A stretch of DNA of 64,000 nt from Centroscyllium fabricii (taxonomy: Eukaryota), in assembly GCA_051313645.2 (NCBI GenBank), contig JBNRSN020000022.1:13020001-13084000 (forward strand), given 5' to 3'. Under the pieces are notes generated by a model. The model made no database searches and was not told the origin of the DNA. It saw nothing but the letters and a program-made list of their open reading frames with translations. How positions within the stretch are numbered: position 1 is the first letter of the stretch; each line of letters opens with the position of its first letter. A program made the translations under genes and the position numbers. Below, piece after piece: positions 36,729 to 50,530 of this stretch.

Positions 36729-37444
36729 GGCCCAGAAATTCGGGTCGGAGGCTTCACACGGGTGCAAGCCTCCAACCTGCACATACCCAGCACGCCGGCC
36801 GTTGAGCTGTGGGCTCACGTGGAATTCCGATCCGGGACCTGCTTCAATTGCCGGCGCACCGCGCTCGCGTATCCCAGCGGCGCAGTTAGAGCGATGGATC
36901 ACGTGGGCCACGGAGAGCCAATCAGAGCACAGAATGCTCCATTCATAAGTTTGAGTATGAAAACTACAAGCCCCAAAACATCACTAAATCTTCAAATAAA
37001 TTTTTAAAAAACATCACATTTTTGAAAATAACTATCAATTACATTAAATAACTATTTTAAACAATAATTTAAATTTTTGAAAAAAATTATTATTTTTTCT
37101 AATGGGGCTAAAAATAAACTTAACTTTCTTTAAAGTATTTAAAAATAATAAAACTGTGGAAAAATTGTTTTAATTCACCACTTACCTTGTTAAAACCAGT
37201 CTTTGCACATTAAAATATCAGCCGTAACTTTTTCATACTTACCCGGACACAGAATCTTATAAAAAAAAGCGGCAGCGCATTGTGCCCGCGCTGCCGCGAT
37301 CCTACCTCTGAACCCTTCTGTCAGGGGATCGGAAGTGCCGGTTTCGCGCGCATGCGCTGTGCGTGCACAAAACCGGCACTTTGGATGGGCCTACGGGTGA
37401 GTACCCAGCGCGTACTCACCCGTGGGGACCCGCATTTCTGGGCC
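36729..37444. mobile_element. Harbinger-like MITE with GC-rich arms and AT-rich centre
   Basis: ggcccagaaattcgggtc ... gacccgcatttctgggcc. Confidence 0.7.
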
Positions 37445-38908
37445 ATTGTGTATGTTCACTGACAGTCTGTAAAATCCAGCAGTTTACCGATGTGGATCTG
37501 GCCCAGTGTGTTTAGTCTGCCTACCGAAAGTTTGGGGAAGGGCACACGCGAAAGACACCACACGCAAGCTCAGATCATCATTACAGCCAATGTTCCCACC
37601 CAATTCATTTCTGGGTGCTCGGGCCAAAGTTTCACGCATGCGGGGAATTTCACATTGGAAGCGCCAGTCCCAGGCTGCACAGGGCCGGCAGATAGCTGCG
37701 CGGCCCAGAGGGAGCTTTGGTTACAGCCCGTGGACCGCTCACAAGGGTGACCAATGCCACTGAACCCGAAGCTTCTAACAGTCCTAGTATTTCTGTACAG
37801 ATTCCCTTGGGGTGTCTCTGGGCACTGGCTGCAAACTGGATTCAGAACTCGCAGCTCAGGAGAACCAGGGTAATAATAATTCTCATCACTTTAATGCAGG
37901 AGCAGTGACCTGTAGCATCTCCAACAAGACCAGACGTCCTCACTCGGGAAGGCTTGAGCAATGATCTGACATGGACAGCCTTAGCTGGTCCGGGTAAGTG
38001 ACAAGCACTGTGGAGTAAGTGCCTTCATTTTGTTCTTTTTATATATATTTTATTTTACATGCAATTAGAACAATACAGTTGCTGTCAGAAAGCACTTCTT
38101 CACACAAAGGATAGCGGAAATCTGGAACTCACTCCCCCAAAAAGCTGTTGAGACGGAGGGTCAATTAAAAATGTCAAAACGGAGGCGGAGAGATTTTTGT
38201 TAGGTAAGGATATTAAGGAATATGAAACCAAGGCGGGTAAATGGAGTTAAAATCCAGATCAGCCATGAGCTAACTGAATGGCAGAACAGGCTCAAGGGGC
38301 TGAATGGCCGACTCCTGTTCTTACGTACTACTGCAGTCTCAGAGCAACAGTTGCGTATTACAGGCAGAACAACACGAGCAAGTGTCTCTGCTAACCAGCA
38401 CTGTGAAAAGCCGGGTTTGCTGCAAATCCACATTTGGAGAACCATAATTGTCACGTGCTGGGACCAAATTCTGGGCTTGCTCCAAACAGCTGTCGGCAGA
38501 GCTTTAAGCCAACTTCATTATCTTCCAACGTCAAACTGCACCCGCTGGTGCATGATTAGAGGAGAGTAGACATTTTTTGGGGACGGACCCTCAATGTTGA
38601 ACCGTTTAGTTGCATAATAACGACTGCTGCGGTTGAAGTGGGTTATGTGGAAGCCTGGGAACGCAATCATATAGCTGAAAAAGTCAATGACAACTTATGC
38701 AACTTGCTTGGTGCACGAGTCAGAAGTGCAACCAGAGCTGCCTGGAAGCACATCAGAGGGCACAATGTAATTGGGATAGTGGAAATTGTAAACAAAATGT
38801 TCTTACAATGTCCCTCAACAGAAGTTTCCTCTTTACAGACGGCATTTCGTCTTCTGGAAAATAAGGCAACAGCGCCATCCACTGTTTATAAATGCATCAT
38901 GCACCCAC

Positions 38909-39034
38909 CTGGATTCCTGAAGTGGTAAAATAGGGAATTTCAAACTTCACACTGATGGGTGGCTTTCCCTCCTTGTCTTCAGCCTCCACACTAGGGAGCC
39001 CAAAGTGTGCTCTCATCAGATACTCCTTCCCGCC
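38909..39034 (-). CDS. AP1M1: AP1M1 coding exon, 126 bp (GGKEYLMRAHFGLPSVEAEDKEGKPPISVKFEIPYFTTSGIQ)
   Basis: Matches mu1A. ctgcag| acceptor, CAG|gtgggt donor. Confidence 0.97.
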
Positions 39035-39482
39035 CTGCAGGCACAGAGATAAAAAAGTCAGACAGGTACACCGACAGCAAACACTTTTACTGCACACTTC
39101 TGAGCAGCCCATTGCGGTCACTCCATTCGCTCCCTACTCTCACCCAACCTCAAACTCCCCCATCACTAAAATTCAGGCACCAGGCTTCCAGCAGAAAGCT
39201 GATGCAAACTGGTCTAATTTGCAGATGAAGCCAAACAAGGAGGGGCAGTGGTACTGGGGGAGGTAGTTGAGAGACAAAGCAAAACAGATGAAGTTTATTA
39301 CAGACAAGTCGAAAGTACTCAGGTAGGAAGGCAAAATGGGCAACGAGTGGTCCTGAAACAGCCGCGGATGAAGCCGAGAAAGATACTTCGAATCTGCTTG
39401 TGTTTTGATTTTCTGCGGATCTTACAACATTCCGCGTTGTGAGTTATATATAATCTTGTTTCCAAGTTAGCTATCTGCTGTT

Positions 39483-40378
39483 TGTAAGGTAGGATTTCGA
39501 CTTTGTTTTATGTATATTTAGTTTGACCAACTAAGGCTCAATGCCTGCGTTTCTGCCATTACTGCTAATAACCAGATAACCAGATCATAATGGTAAGTCA
39601 GGATTCTGACTTTGTTTAACAAAGCTGCTTTAAAATGTGCAAGTTAACCAGCGTGAGAGAATAGAATAGAGGATATCTTTAGGAATTTAATGATTCAGTC
39701 CATGGTACAATAGTCTGATAATGGAATGAAATAGTTAGTTTTGCACAGCTAAAGCTACAGGAGCAGCTTGAACATAAATAACTGATAACAAACAGCTACG
39801 AACATCTGAAGGCCGATAATGTCTGACTCCAGATTTGGGAGGATAAGGACGGGAGAGATCAGAGGAATTCAGATGGATGGGCCTTCAGAATGTATAAACA
39901 TGAAAGACATGCGAGGGAAAAGCATGAGACTCCTTAGGGGAAGGCTTTCATCTGAAAGTTAAAACAAAGAACTCAAAACACCATTGGGCAGCTGGATTTA
40001 AGAACCACCAACAGGTTAAATGGTCCTGTCCATATTGTACACAAAAAGGGAATCAAAGCAAGACCCTAAAAGTTCTTAGCAGATGTTGGAGGGGAGAGCC
40101 ATACAAGAGTGGGGCTGGTCTAACACTCTTCCGGGAGTGGACCCATTCTTTGAGGTTTTAGACGAGGAGAAAGGCCGTAAGTTGGAGAACTGTTCACACA
40201 CGGCAGCTGTCTGTCCGATCGGGACCGGTACCAGCTGCTTGTCACAGTCGTATGTTTTTGCTGTATAACTAGTGTGTTATATTCCGTCTTAAACTCTGAT
40301 TAAACACAATATTCCCACCATATTGGTTTGCAGTCGATCCTGATGATCTGAAAGACCAGAGATAAGCTAAACTCTACA
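39483..40378 (+). mobile_element. Probable solo LTR-like element
   Basis: tgtaag...ctaca ends; shares gtctgtccgat..accagctgct.gtcac.gtcgtatg with 48620-49075; no clear TSD. Confidence 0.4.
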
Positions 40379-40379
40379 G

Positions 40380-42085
40380 TACCACACAGGAGACTATTGG
40401 AAAAGATTAAGGGGCATGTAATTAAGGGCAGCAGCAAACTGGATTAAAGACTGGTTAGAAGGGAGTAAATGTAGTACAAGAGATCAGGGCAGTTTCTCAG
40501 TGGTTGGGAGCGGGGAGGCAGGTCTGGGAGCGGGGAGGCAGGTCTGCGAGATTGTCCTGAGACCACCCTGTTCATTGTCTACATCAATGGAGATGGGGCT
40601 AGAGGGAATGGTGTCCATATTTGCAGATACTAAAATAGGAGCACAGTAAATAATTGATATTAATTAGATGGTGGAATGGGCAAACAAGTGGCAGCTGGAA
40701 TTCAATGACAGGCAGTACATTTTGGTAGAAAAAATAATTATACTTCAAATGGGGAAAGGTTGGGTGATGCGGAAGAGCAGAGGGACTTGGGAGTTATGGT
40801 TCACAAGAAAAAACAGCACCTCATGCAGATAAAAGCCGTAAAAAAGAAAAGCCAATGTTATATTGGGATTTATGGCAAGAAGCAATGTTCCCTTTAAGCT
40901 GCACACCCGCACAGCGCTCCAGGGCTCCTGCGCAGCCGGTGAGCCAGCATTTAAACTGGAAAGAAACGCAGCATGCGCGGATTTTGAATGAGTCACGCAG
41001 CCTGTTAAAAATTACAGGGACCATTGGCGGGAGGTATAGAATATTAAAGTCAAGATGTAATGGTAAAAATCTTAGCAGTCACCACATTTGGAGCAGTTTG
41101 TACTATTTTGGGTTCCGCACTATAGTAAGGATGTTAAGGCAATAGAGACGGTGCAGCACAGAGCCACAAGGAGCTGCCTGGTGTGAGGAAATACAAATAC
41201 AAAGAAAGAAACCACAGACCATGTCAACACTGGAGAATGAGTTAGATAGGTGGTTGAAGGTAACGGGGATAAAGGGATGTGGGAACAGAGCGGGCACATG
41301 GGATTAGGATTACTGCGCACGTGGAGAATAAACACCAACACGGAGTAAGGTTGGAGCTCTCACAAGGGAAGAACAGCTCAGTGCACTATTATTTACTGCT
41401 AAATTTGTTGGGGCAAACAATGGCGTTTCTATATTGTAATGTCTGTAATGCTATGTAACGGACATACCCTACCTGCTAAGCATGGTCGATCCGTATTACC
41501 ATTTAGTTCATGGCTACGGGTTAAAGGAACGTGTGGACTATCCAATCAATATTCAGTTCTGGGCACCGCACCTCAATCTATTGGCTTTGGAGGGGCTGTG
41601 GTGCAGATTCAGCAGAATGATACCGGGGGTTTGAGGGTAAAATTAAGAGGACATGTTGCATAGACTGGGCTTGTATTCCCTGGAGTATAGAAGATTCAGG
41701 GGTGATCTAATTGTGGTGTTTAAGTTGATTAAAGGAATTGGTGAGAGAGAAACTATTTCCTCGGGTGGGGGGGGGGGGGGGGGGGGTGGGGGGGAGGAAG
41801 GGAGTCCGGAACAAGGGGGTAGAACCTTAATGTCAGAGCCCGGCCGTTCAGGGTGATGTCTGGAAGCACTTCTTCACACAAAGGGTGGTGAAAATCTGGA
41901 ACTCTCCCCAGCATCCACAGTTTTCTGGGGGAAGTCAGTTGAAAACAGATTGTTTGATTTTTGTTGGGGAAGGATTACGGAACCAAGGTGGGTAGACGGA
42001 GTTAAGATAAAAGATCAGCCACGATCTCATTGAATGGCGGAACAGGCTCGAGGGGCTGAATGGCCTCCTCCTGTTCCTATGTTCA
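40380..42085 (+). mobile_element. Degenerate CR1-like fragments with a nested hAT-like MITE (40883-41026)
   Basis: tttgcagatactaaaatagg (FADTK), LGLYSLEYRRFRGDLI and a CR1 tail; MITE TIR caatgttccct/agggaccattg. Confidence 0.7.
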
Positions 42086-42211
42086 TACATTCCCAATATA
42101 AAAAGTATTTATTCCTTTACATATTTCACAGGCTCCCTTTTTAAAACAGACTCTAAACACAGAATATTTATGTAGCTCGTTATCACACTCGTAAATCACG
42201 AGGACCCTTAC

Positions 42212-42370
42212 TGGAAATGACTTGATTGACCACACTATTTCGCTGCTTTCTGGTACCCACTTCACGTTGCCCACTGTGGTCTTGAACTTGGGTGAATCGG
42301 CATCGTTCGGGACTGGAATGTGGATCTCGACATTGTTGGCCGTCGATCTACGTTTGAACTGACTCTTGGC
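42212..42370 (-). CDS. AP1M1: AP1M1 coding exon, 159 bp (AKSQFKRRSTANNVEIHIPVPNDADSPKFKTTVGNVKWVPESSEIVWSIKSFP)
   Basis: Matches mu1A. cag| acceptor, |gtaagg donor, phase 0/0. Confidence 0.97.
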
Positions 42371-43407
42371 CTGAGGAAAGAGACGAAGTCCGTAAGGTGA
42401 TATGGAGTTTACTCCAACACCGGGTTTAACCAGACAGAATAAGCAACAGGAACCACCCGGGCACGAAGATGGCCAACTAGAGTTTGTTTTTTGTTTTTTT
42501 ATAAACGCACACATTCTGACTTTTGATGTGTTTCAGTCAGAAATTAGAAAATGCAGCATGCAACATACCCACTAAAATCTATACATTCAATTGGAGATCC
42601 ATGGAAATCCTGACTGATTGAGTGCCTCCTCTAAGCTCCAATGTGCCAAGCCTGTTGAAGTTAGAGCTTGTAATTGCAGAACAAGAGAGGAACAATGCAG
42701 GGTACTGGAACACACAGGTTGGTGCAATACTGCAAGGCACTGGCACATCAAAGGGCTCCTATTGTGTCATGTGAACCAGAAGATGGTCACAGCCTGGAGA
42801 CTAAAAATCACACAGCACAGGAGGCCAGTCGGCCCCTTGGCCCTGTGCCAGCTCTTTCAAAGAGCTATCGAATGAGTCCCACTCACCTGCGCTTTCCCCA
42901 CACCCTGCAATTTTTTCCTTCAAGTATTTCTCCAATTCCCTTTTGAAAGTTACCATTGAATCTGCTTCCGCCGCCCTTTTAGGCAGCGCGTTCCAGATCA
43001 TAACCACTCGCTGTGTAAAGAAATTCCTCTTGTGCCCTCTGGTTCTTTCACCTACATTATTAGTACAGTCTTGCTGCAATGTGCTTCTCAGTAATGCCAT
43101 ACTGCTTCAAACTCGACTAAATGCTCCAGAATGTTTGTACGAAACTGCTGCCTATACCACTGGACCTGAACAGTTATCGTGCTCTGTGAATTAGATCGCA
43201 ATCATAGACGTCACGCTGCAGGGAAGTGATAGAGAGAGAGAGGGAGGATTCAGGTAAACCTCCACTGGAGTGTCTGTACAAGAACTCAAACGCAGATGGG
43301 TACTTGAAAGAGCAATCATGACAATGGCAGGGACACAACCACAAGCTTGCTCCTGACGGTCTGCCCAGCGGTAGTAAAGGGATTATTATTCTTGCAGTTT
43401 GCTTGTA

Positions 43408-43840
43408 CAGATTGAGCACTGTTAATCCGGACACCGGTAATCCGCTAACTTCAGTCGTCTGGAACGAATCCAGCTGACTGGTCTGCGCGTGCGCAAAATG
43501 GCCGCTTCACTTGCGGGCATCTCCCCGACTGCCAGACTGGTCTGCGCGAAATGGCCGCCGCGCTTGGCTGCGCATGCCCGGGCCTCCCCGAACGATTGAT
43601 GCTTCGGCGAGCGCATGCGTAGACCATTCAAAATGGCTGCCGGCCTTCACGGCAGCCATTTTGAATGGTCCCGAACGATTGATGATTCAGCGAGCACATG
43701 TGCAGACCATTCAAAATGCTTCGCGGTGGCCATTTTGAATGGTCTGCGCATGCACTCGCCGAAGCTTCAATTGTTTGGAGTATTCACTTGTCCAGCAACA
43801 GCCTGGTCCCGCCCGTGCCGGATTAACGGTGTTGGACCTG
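43408..43840. mobile_element. pogo/Tigger-like MITE, copy F
   Basis: ta|cagattgagcactgttaatccgg ... ccggattaacggtgttggacctg|ta. Confidence 0.82.
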
Positions 43841-44695
43841 TATTTGAATGGAGGTGGGTGGTAAGGGTATGTGCTTGGTCTCATGCTGTAAACTATACTT
43901 CAACAGACTCACTGTGCCACGCAACTCCGATTTGGACTTGCACACCTGGTTTTATACACACCCATTTAGCTTGTTACTTATTTGTTGGTGGCTCAGAATC
44001 AGACAGTGGGCTCTCATTATTCACACTGCAGTGTTCTTGCAACATGTCACTCACAGTACAGTGCTGGTGAGCATTAGATTACTGCACGTTATACAGAAAC
44101 ACACATTATAAAAACGCTTCACTTTGGATTCCAACACGAGGAGATGGTGGATATGGTTCGTATACCATACGAGTGGGCTGTCCTGATAGTAGTCAGTGAG
44201 TTATGGTCAGCACCATCAATGAGATGCCGATCATACATGGTTTTCGGTGGGTATATATTGTGTGGAGCAGGCTGGATGGATCAGAGGGTCTTCTCCTTTC
44301 CATCGCTGTTTGTATAACCCTGTGGTTCCTCAGCCTGTATTATTCATACCATAGGTTAGACAAGGAATAGAGAAAGAAGTTAGGTGCACAGTTTTGTTTT
44401 AAATTGGAACTAAAGTGGTGTGCCGATTGTGATGGGAGCTCTGTTGAAGTCAGCATGATTTTTTTTAATTTTTTTTAAATCTCCCACCCTTCTATCCTCA
44501 ATAATGATTTCACGACAAAACTATTAAATGGAAGAGTGATTGGTTCAGCTTTTTTCAGGTGGATTGCAGCTGAAATTTCTCAGTTGGGTCCGTGATTCCA
44601 GAACTCCTGCGGGAGCTGGATGTTTCAGAAAATAACCAGTCCATTCGGGGTTTTGACGCTTGATCGATTTGAATGAGAGAAGAGAAACAACTCAC

Positions 44696-44767
44696 CTTAA
44701 TCATGTACTCTATCCGACTGTGGGAGTGTTTCTCGATCACCGACTCGATCCAGATTAGAGGCTTGAC
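44696..44767 (-). CDS. AP1M1: AP1M1 coding exon, 72 bp (VKPLIWIESVIEKHSHSRIEYMIK)
   Basis: Matches mu1A. cag| acceptor, AAG|gtgagt donor, phase 0/0. Confidence 0.96.
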
Positions 44768-46297
44768 CTGGTGTTCAGAGAAATACAGGATCATCAGTAC
44801 CATCACTGGGAACGAGTCTTTAAAAAGGCAACAAGCTCTCTGTCAGGCTCAGTCCTCATCCACTCCAACTGGAAAATCCACAGGTTAATACATGAGTGTG
44901 TCTGCTTCACAGCCACACTCTGGCCAACCACTGCAGCAGATTCATTTCACAATCACAGGTGCAGCAACTTAAGAAAATCAAGAAATTCAGTCAGTGTACA
45001 CAGGTACTTGGGACCACAGGTGACAGGCATGACCGAGCTCACTGAGGACCACGCATGCTGCCTGTCAGTGGTGATAGGGTCTGAAATGCGCCACAAGCTT
45101 TCAAACTGGGGGTGGGACATACAGCAGGCTGTGAGCACCGTGTTCCTGAGAATCCTGTATTCTACATCTTTTCCTACATTTGTTGACTTGCTAATAACCT
45201 GCTAGTAAGTCAACAAGAATGGAGAAAAAAGTAATGAAATGTAGGAAAAGGTAACGAATGAACTGTTTCTATTAGGATAGCAGTGTTTTCTTTCGAGTAA
45301 TGGACACTCTCTTTCAGCAGAGGGCATCGGGTTCCTTGGATTGTGAATATGAACAGAAAAGTTTGAAAGCTGTTGTTTACTCACGAGATGCCATTTAAGC
45401 CCTGTTATCAAATGCAGGCCTGTGACCATGATTAGTTGGTGACTTTAGTGCTGGGACAATCAAAGGACATATGGTCACTGATTGAGGCCTGACCACATAC
45501 TCAGGGCTCGCTATGGAAACCAGTTAGGCTTGGCATGCCACTCAAACAAAACAGCACAAGGGAAATGTTTTTCATAGCTAAACATTTTGTTCTATACAAA
45601 CTTCTACGGCTTTTAAAATCTGAACAGGGGGGTACAAGAAACATGGCAGCACGACCAACACCACAATCCCAGACTCTCACCTTTGTTATAATTGTAGCCC
45701 GCCCAATCCAACTGCTTCCCACTGCAGCCCCGGCCATAATCCCAGCCCACCCAACTCAAACAGCCCCCCTCCCCACCACAGCCCAACCCACCCAAGACAA
45801 TGCCCTGCCCATTGCCATGATTCCAACCCAGACAACAGCTTCCCCCTCCCCTGCCACATTCCCAATCCAAATCCTGAATGGCTTCTTCAAAAAATAAACG
45901 TTAGCATTTTCCTTGCTTTTGATCAAAATAATTTCATGGGTGGAAACAGATTTTGTTGTGCAGAAGCTCTCAGTACAGTTCTATGGGTTGTTTGAAGACT
46001 GTTAGTTTACTGAAATTGCAGGTTTTACACACTCGCTCAAACTTGTACAATCTCCATTTGATCAATCCAAGGGGCGATCACTTGGTTATGAAAACCACGT
46101 GGAAAAGGAGACAGTGTCACCATGTATTTATTCATCACTGGGTGAGTGGGTTATTGAGAGACCTGGAAACGCATTGGATCACAATAGCCCATCGATAATT
46201 GTGAATCTCTGAGTTTTTCTAGGCTGCACTTCATAGACACTCAGACCTATTACCAACTCATCCAAGACTCACTCATTGCGCATAGCTCAATACCTAC

Positions 46298-46440
46298 GTG
46301 TGTGTTTAAACGGTAGGACATCAGCTCAAACTCTCCGTCTGGTGGAATGAAGGAAATGGTTCTGTCGTTCTCGAATCGGGAGAGGCGTACACATTGGTGA
46401 AATTTCACATCTTCCAACTCCACAGATTTGCTTTTCCCTC
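46298..46440 (-). CDS. AP1M1: AP1M1 coding exon, 143 bp ([48 protein letters not shown])
   Basis: Mu-homology signature FHQCV...[15 protein letters not shown]. Polypyrimidine tract plus cag| acceptor, |gtaggt donor. Confidence 0.97.
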
Positions 46441-46639
46441 CTGCCTCAGGAAAGAAAGAGAACCCTTTTAACATGGTTCAACATTCCAGCACCAAGGCTT
46501 TCTCTCTCAAAAGGCTCAAAATGGTTTGCCAATTACTACCTGGAGATCATAATAGGAATGCTGAAAGAGCAAGAACCAACACTTGTAACCTTTAAACAGA
46601 AACTTCCCATTGTGAAGTACAACCAGTGGGGTCACAGCA

Positions 46640-47060
46640 GGTGGAAAGGAGCTGATTAAGCAGCGCCGAGATTTCAAAATTCTCATCGTCCATGGCCTCG
46701 TCCCTTCCTATCTCTAATCTCCTTCAGACCCACAACCACCCCGCCCCGCGATATCTGTGCTCCTCTAAATCTGCCCTCGAGGATCCCCGATTATAATTGC
46801 TCCAACATTGGTGGCCGTGCCTTCTGTTGCCTGGGCCCTAAGCTTGAATTCCCTGCCTAAACCTCGCCGCCTCGCTACCTCTCTTTCCTCCTTTAAGACG
46901 CTCCTCAAAACCTGCCTCTTTGACTAAGCTTTTGGTCACCTGCCCTTAATTATCCAAATGTGGATCAGTGTCAAATTATTTTGTCTCAAAATACTCCTGT
47001 GCAGCACCATGGGACGTTTTACTACATTAAAGGCACTATATAAATACAAGTTGTTGTTGT
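46640..47060 (+). mobile_element. L2-like LINE 3' end
   Basis: ggtggccgtgccttc..gaattccctgcctaaacctc..ctcctcaaaacc; tail aggcactatataaatacaagttgttgttg. Confidence 0.75.
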
Positions 47061-47874
47061 TTAGTTCTGTGCCAGAAGTGAGTGTTGTTCCAGGCTCCTG
47101 CTTACTTCCAGATTTGCAAATCACTAATAAATGGAGGCAGTGTACGTAGTGGGCTGGTACCATAATTATTTCATGTACTTAAAGAATAATTTGTTGTTTT
47201 CCACATGCACACTCCTCTAAATATTATTTCAAATTCTATCCCGACACAGATAACAAACTTACTTGTCTATATTCTCCTACAGTAATGTCTCCTGACACTT
47301 TTTAGATAACATAGATTTCCAATCCTCAGGAATCTCTCCTGAACTTAATAAGATATCAATTATGTTTCATTGACTTCAGTCCACATTTCCTTTATGACTC
47401 GTGGGTGCAAGTTGTCTGCACCAGGAGCTTTATTTTAAAATGTGTAATTCTTTCATAACCCGATACCCTTTAACATTTGTATATTGTCCAGTTCCTCCTT
47501 TGCCATTCCTGGAAAATGGATGGCTTCACTCAGTAAACTTCCCCTTCTTTTCCTGGGTATAGACAGATGTGCAGTAACTGTCAAGTAACTCCATTTCTTT
47601 GTCCCCAGCTTTCAACTATCATTTTAAAGTGAATCAATACTTTCAAACACCCTTCAGGTTGGTATCTTGGGCCAGGACGGTTGTGCTACCAGTGGGACAC
47701 TTGCTGCTGGATGTGAAGCATCCATCAGATGAGCAGCCCATGCTAGAATGCAGTAGCTTGGCAACAAGTGTTCGCTTGACTGGAAAAAACTGGACAATTC
47801 TTTTTATGAAATATGTGAGCAAGACAGAAATAGTTTTGATCAATCCATTTTAAACTGCTTCTACATTTAAAAAC

Positions 47875-50530
47875 GAAGAAATAGGAGCAGGAGTCGGCCA
47901 TTCGGCCCCTCGAGCCTGCTCCGCCATTCAGTAAGATCATGGCGGATCTTCTACCTCATCTCCACTTTCCTGCACTATCCCCATATCCCTTGATTCCCTG
48001 AATATTCAAAAATCTATCGATCTCTGTCTTGAATATACTCAATGGCTGAGCCTCCACAGCCCTCTGGAGTAGAGAATTACAAAGATTCAACACCCTCAGT
48101 GAGGAAATGTCTCATCTCAGTCCTAAATGGCCGACCCCTTATTCTGAGACTGTGACCCCCCTGGTTCTAGACTCCGCAGCCGGAAGAAACATCCTCCCTG
48201 CATTTACCGTGTCAAGCCCTGTAAGAATTTTGTATGTTTCAATGAGATCACCTCTCATTCTTCTAAATTCGTGAATATAGGCCTAGTCTACTCAATCTCT
48301 CCTCATAGGACAATCTCCCCAGCCCAGGAATCAGTCTGGTGAACCTTCATTGCACTCCCTCTATGGCAAGTATATCCTTCCTTAGGTAAGGAGACCAAAG
48401 CTGTACACAATACCCCAGCTGTGGTCTCACCAGGGCTCTATGTAATTGCAGTAAGACATCTTTACTCTTATACTCAAATCCTCTTGTAATAAAGGCCAAC
48501 ATACCATTTGCTTTCCTAATTGCTTGCTGTACCTGCATGTTAACTTTCAGTGATTCGTGTACAAGGACACCCAGGTCCCTCTGAACACCAACATTTCCCA
48601 ACCATTTAAAAAAAACAGTTGTAAGAAATCGTGAACCGGAAGAAATAACAAGACAAAAAAGTCTCTTCAGACTGGTGTTAGAATAACTGGATGGATGCTT
48701 CGAATTCGCTGATGTTCTTGGTTCCCTGCAGATGTTCTAACATTCTGCACCGTGGCGGTGACCTTGTTTCCAGACTCGCTGTCTGCTGTTTGTGCGCTAG
48801 AAAGGTTGTTGACCGTATCTTTGATAATCTACCTTAGGCCCACCCCTAAAAAGGGAGTAAGAGATATCTAAAGAGCTTTTAGCACAGATGACAAAGAGCC
48901 GTTCGTGCACGCCAGCGGTCTGTCCGATACCAGCTGCTCGTCACGGTCGTATGTCAACTATGTCTATCTTTAATGCATGTTGTACTTAACTTAAACTGCC
49001 ACTCCTTAATAAAATGCCTTACAACTCCGAAGACCCTTTAGGTAATCTGTCTGTGACCTGTGATCCAAATCTTATACTCTGCTTTTCTATTTTTCCTACC
49101 AAAATGGATAACTTCACATTTCTCCACATTATATTCCATTTGCCATGTTCTTGCCCACTCACCTAGCCTGTCTATATCCCCTTGAAGCCTCTTTGCATCC
49201 TCCTCACAACTTATATTCCCACCCAGCTTCTGTATCATCAGCAAACGTGGATAAATTACATTTGGTCCCCTCATCCAAATCATTGATGTAGATTGTGAAT
49301 AGCTGAGGCCCAAGCACTGATCCTCAGTACCCCACTAGTTACAGCCTGCCAACCCAAAAATTACCCGTTTATTCCTACTCTATTTTCTGTCTGCTAACTA
49401 ATCCTCAATCCATGCCAATATATAACCCCCATTCACACGAGCCATAATTTTGTTTAATAACCTCTTGTGTGGCACTTTATCGAATGCCTTCTGAAAGTCC
49501 AAATACACCACATCCACTGGTTCCCCCTGATCTATTCTGCTACTCACAACCTCAAAAAACTCAGATTTGTCAAACACGATTTCCCTTTCATAAATCCGTA
49601 TTGACTCTGTCCAACTCTATTATTAGTTTCTAAGTGCCCTGTAACCGCATCCTTAAGAATAGATTCTAGCATTTTCCCTCCTACTGATGTCAGGCTAACA
49701 GGTCTGTAGTTCCCCGTTTTCTCTCTCCCTCCTTTCTTAAATAGTGGGGTTACATTTGCTACCTTCCAATCCACGGAAACCGTTCAAGAATCGATAGAAT
49801 TTTGGAAAATGACAACCAATGCATCCACTATCTCTATAGCCACCTCTTTCAAAACCCTAGGATTTAGGCCATCAGATCCAGGGAATTTATTGACTTTCAG
49901 TCCCATTAATTTCTCCAGTACTTAAAAAAAAATAAAAAAAAATACTAATTTCTTTCAGTTCCTCATTCTTGCTAGACCCTTGGTTCTCTACTATTTCTGG
50001 GAAGTTTTTTATGTCTTCCGTTAAGACAGACACAAAGTATTTGTTTAATTTCTCTGCCATTTCCTTATTCCCCATCATAATTTCTCCTGTCTCAGCCTAT
50101 AAGGGACCCGCATTTATTTTCGCTCATCTTTTCCTTTTTACATACCTATAGAAGCTTTTACAGTCTGTTTTTATGTCTGTCTCTTGTTTACTCTAAATCT
50201 ATTTTCCCTCTCTTTATCAATTTCTTGGTCCTCCTTTGTTGAATTCTAAAATCCTCCCAATCCTCAGTCTTACTGCTCTTTTTGGCAACATTTTAAGCCT
50301 CTTTCTTTGATCTAATACTATCTTCAACTTGTTAGCCACAGTTGGACCACTTTTCCTGTGGGGTTTTTGTGCCTTAAAAAGAAATGTATATTTGTTGTAA
50401 ATTATGTATTAATTCTTTAAATGTTAGCCATTGCTTCTCTACAATCATACCTTTTAACGTCGTTTCCCAAGCTACCGTAGCCAACTCACCCCTCATGTAG
50501 TTTGCTTTGTTTAGATTTAAGATCCTAGTT
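47875..50530 (-). mobile_element. CR1/HER1-like LINE fragment of about 2.2 kb with a nested LTR-like insert
   Basis: ORFs DWKVANVTPLFKKGGREKTGNYRPVSLTS, QRDLGVLVHESLKV and WQMEYNVEKC. Confidence 0.92.
48620..49075 (+). mobile_element. Solo LTR-like insertion in CR1
   Basis: Interrupts CR1 ccatttaaaaaa|tactctgc; tgtaaga start, internal aataaa, tctta end. Confidence 0.55.

Noticed and set aside
40336-40372. ctgatga-tctg..caga-gata as another hammerhead
   Set aside because: GAAA is replaced by GATA and there is no credible stem I or III.
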